Position numbers and translations under genes: made by a program
Notes under the pieces: model-generated
Database searches by the model: none
What the model saw: only the letters and a program-made list of their open reading frames with translations
What the model was told of the DNA's origin: nothing
Shown here: positions 63,818 to 64,000 of the stretch, one piece after another
Position numbering within the stretch: position 1 is the stretch's first letter
Layout of the letters: every line of letters starts with the position of its first letter
IMG/VR virus record: IMGVR_UViG_3300045988_183652
Location: 1-64,000 of that record
Direction: 5' to 3' (one strand)
DNA from: a virus
DNA: 64,000 bases

Positions 63818-64000
63818 CTCACTTCGCTTTACGAGCTTCATAGTGCCACGTGTGCAGGGCTTGGTAAGTTTACCATCCTCCCAACGCACATTGGCGCAAG
63901 GACTGACGCGCCCACACGCAGCACAATAGCGGACAGAAAGCCCAACTACGGTCCCTTTTGCGCTCCCGTCTCTGCTCAGAACGGCGTCGCCAAAGCAAAT
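63818..64000 (-). CDS. hypothetical protein, 5' end beyond window
   Basis: Open minus-strand frame running to the window edge, ending at TGA ~63818, Cys-rich; weak support because there is no start in the window. Confidence 0.25.

Overview
This 64 kb window has about 53% GC and looks like a Clostridia-type (Firmicutes) genome segment, gene-dense on both strands.

- **Positions 1-12,330, host-like block.** It holds a topoisomerase III gene, a DUF457/YdjM-like membrane hydrolase behind a palindromic operator, and a minus-strand membrane/lipoprotein operon. An EndA-like nuclease and a flotillin gene form an operon that ends at tRNA-Ser(TGA).
- **tRNA-Ser to window end, mobile-element-like block.**
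  - At least six minus-strand operons of mostly small, often Cys-rich/zinc-ribbon hypothetical proteins. They also encode an HD hydrolase, a MoxR/CobS-like AAA+ ATPase paired with an HExxH+vWA protein, an ASCH protein, a MazF/PemK-like toxin, an SSB, a RecD2-like helicase and a YqaJ-like exonuclease.
  - A RecG operon.
  - A tRNA-Thr/Thr/Gly cluster.
  - A large serine recombinase.
  - No capsid, tail, terminase or portal genes are visible in this window.

Two unexplained systems stand out:

1. **A nuclease-dead TnpB with CRISPR-like arrays.** The protein has its RuvC-I Asp replaced by Ser and lacks the C-terminal RuvC-III and zinc finger, which makes it resemble TldR-like repressors. Next to it are five copies of a conserved ~135-nt non-coding element, four of them leading 36-nt hairpin repeats spaced by ~30-nt unique spacers. 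No cas1/cas2 is present in the window.
2. **Six near-identical promoter plus leader-hairpin cassettes**, one at the head of each accessory operon. Each looks like a promoter followed by one or two intrinsic-terminator-like hairpins, suggesting a common antitermination-controlled regulon.

A second promoter family (TTGACA-ttattttatgttcgtg-TAATAT) recurs six times. All calls come from reading the sequence by eye. No database search was run.
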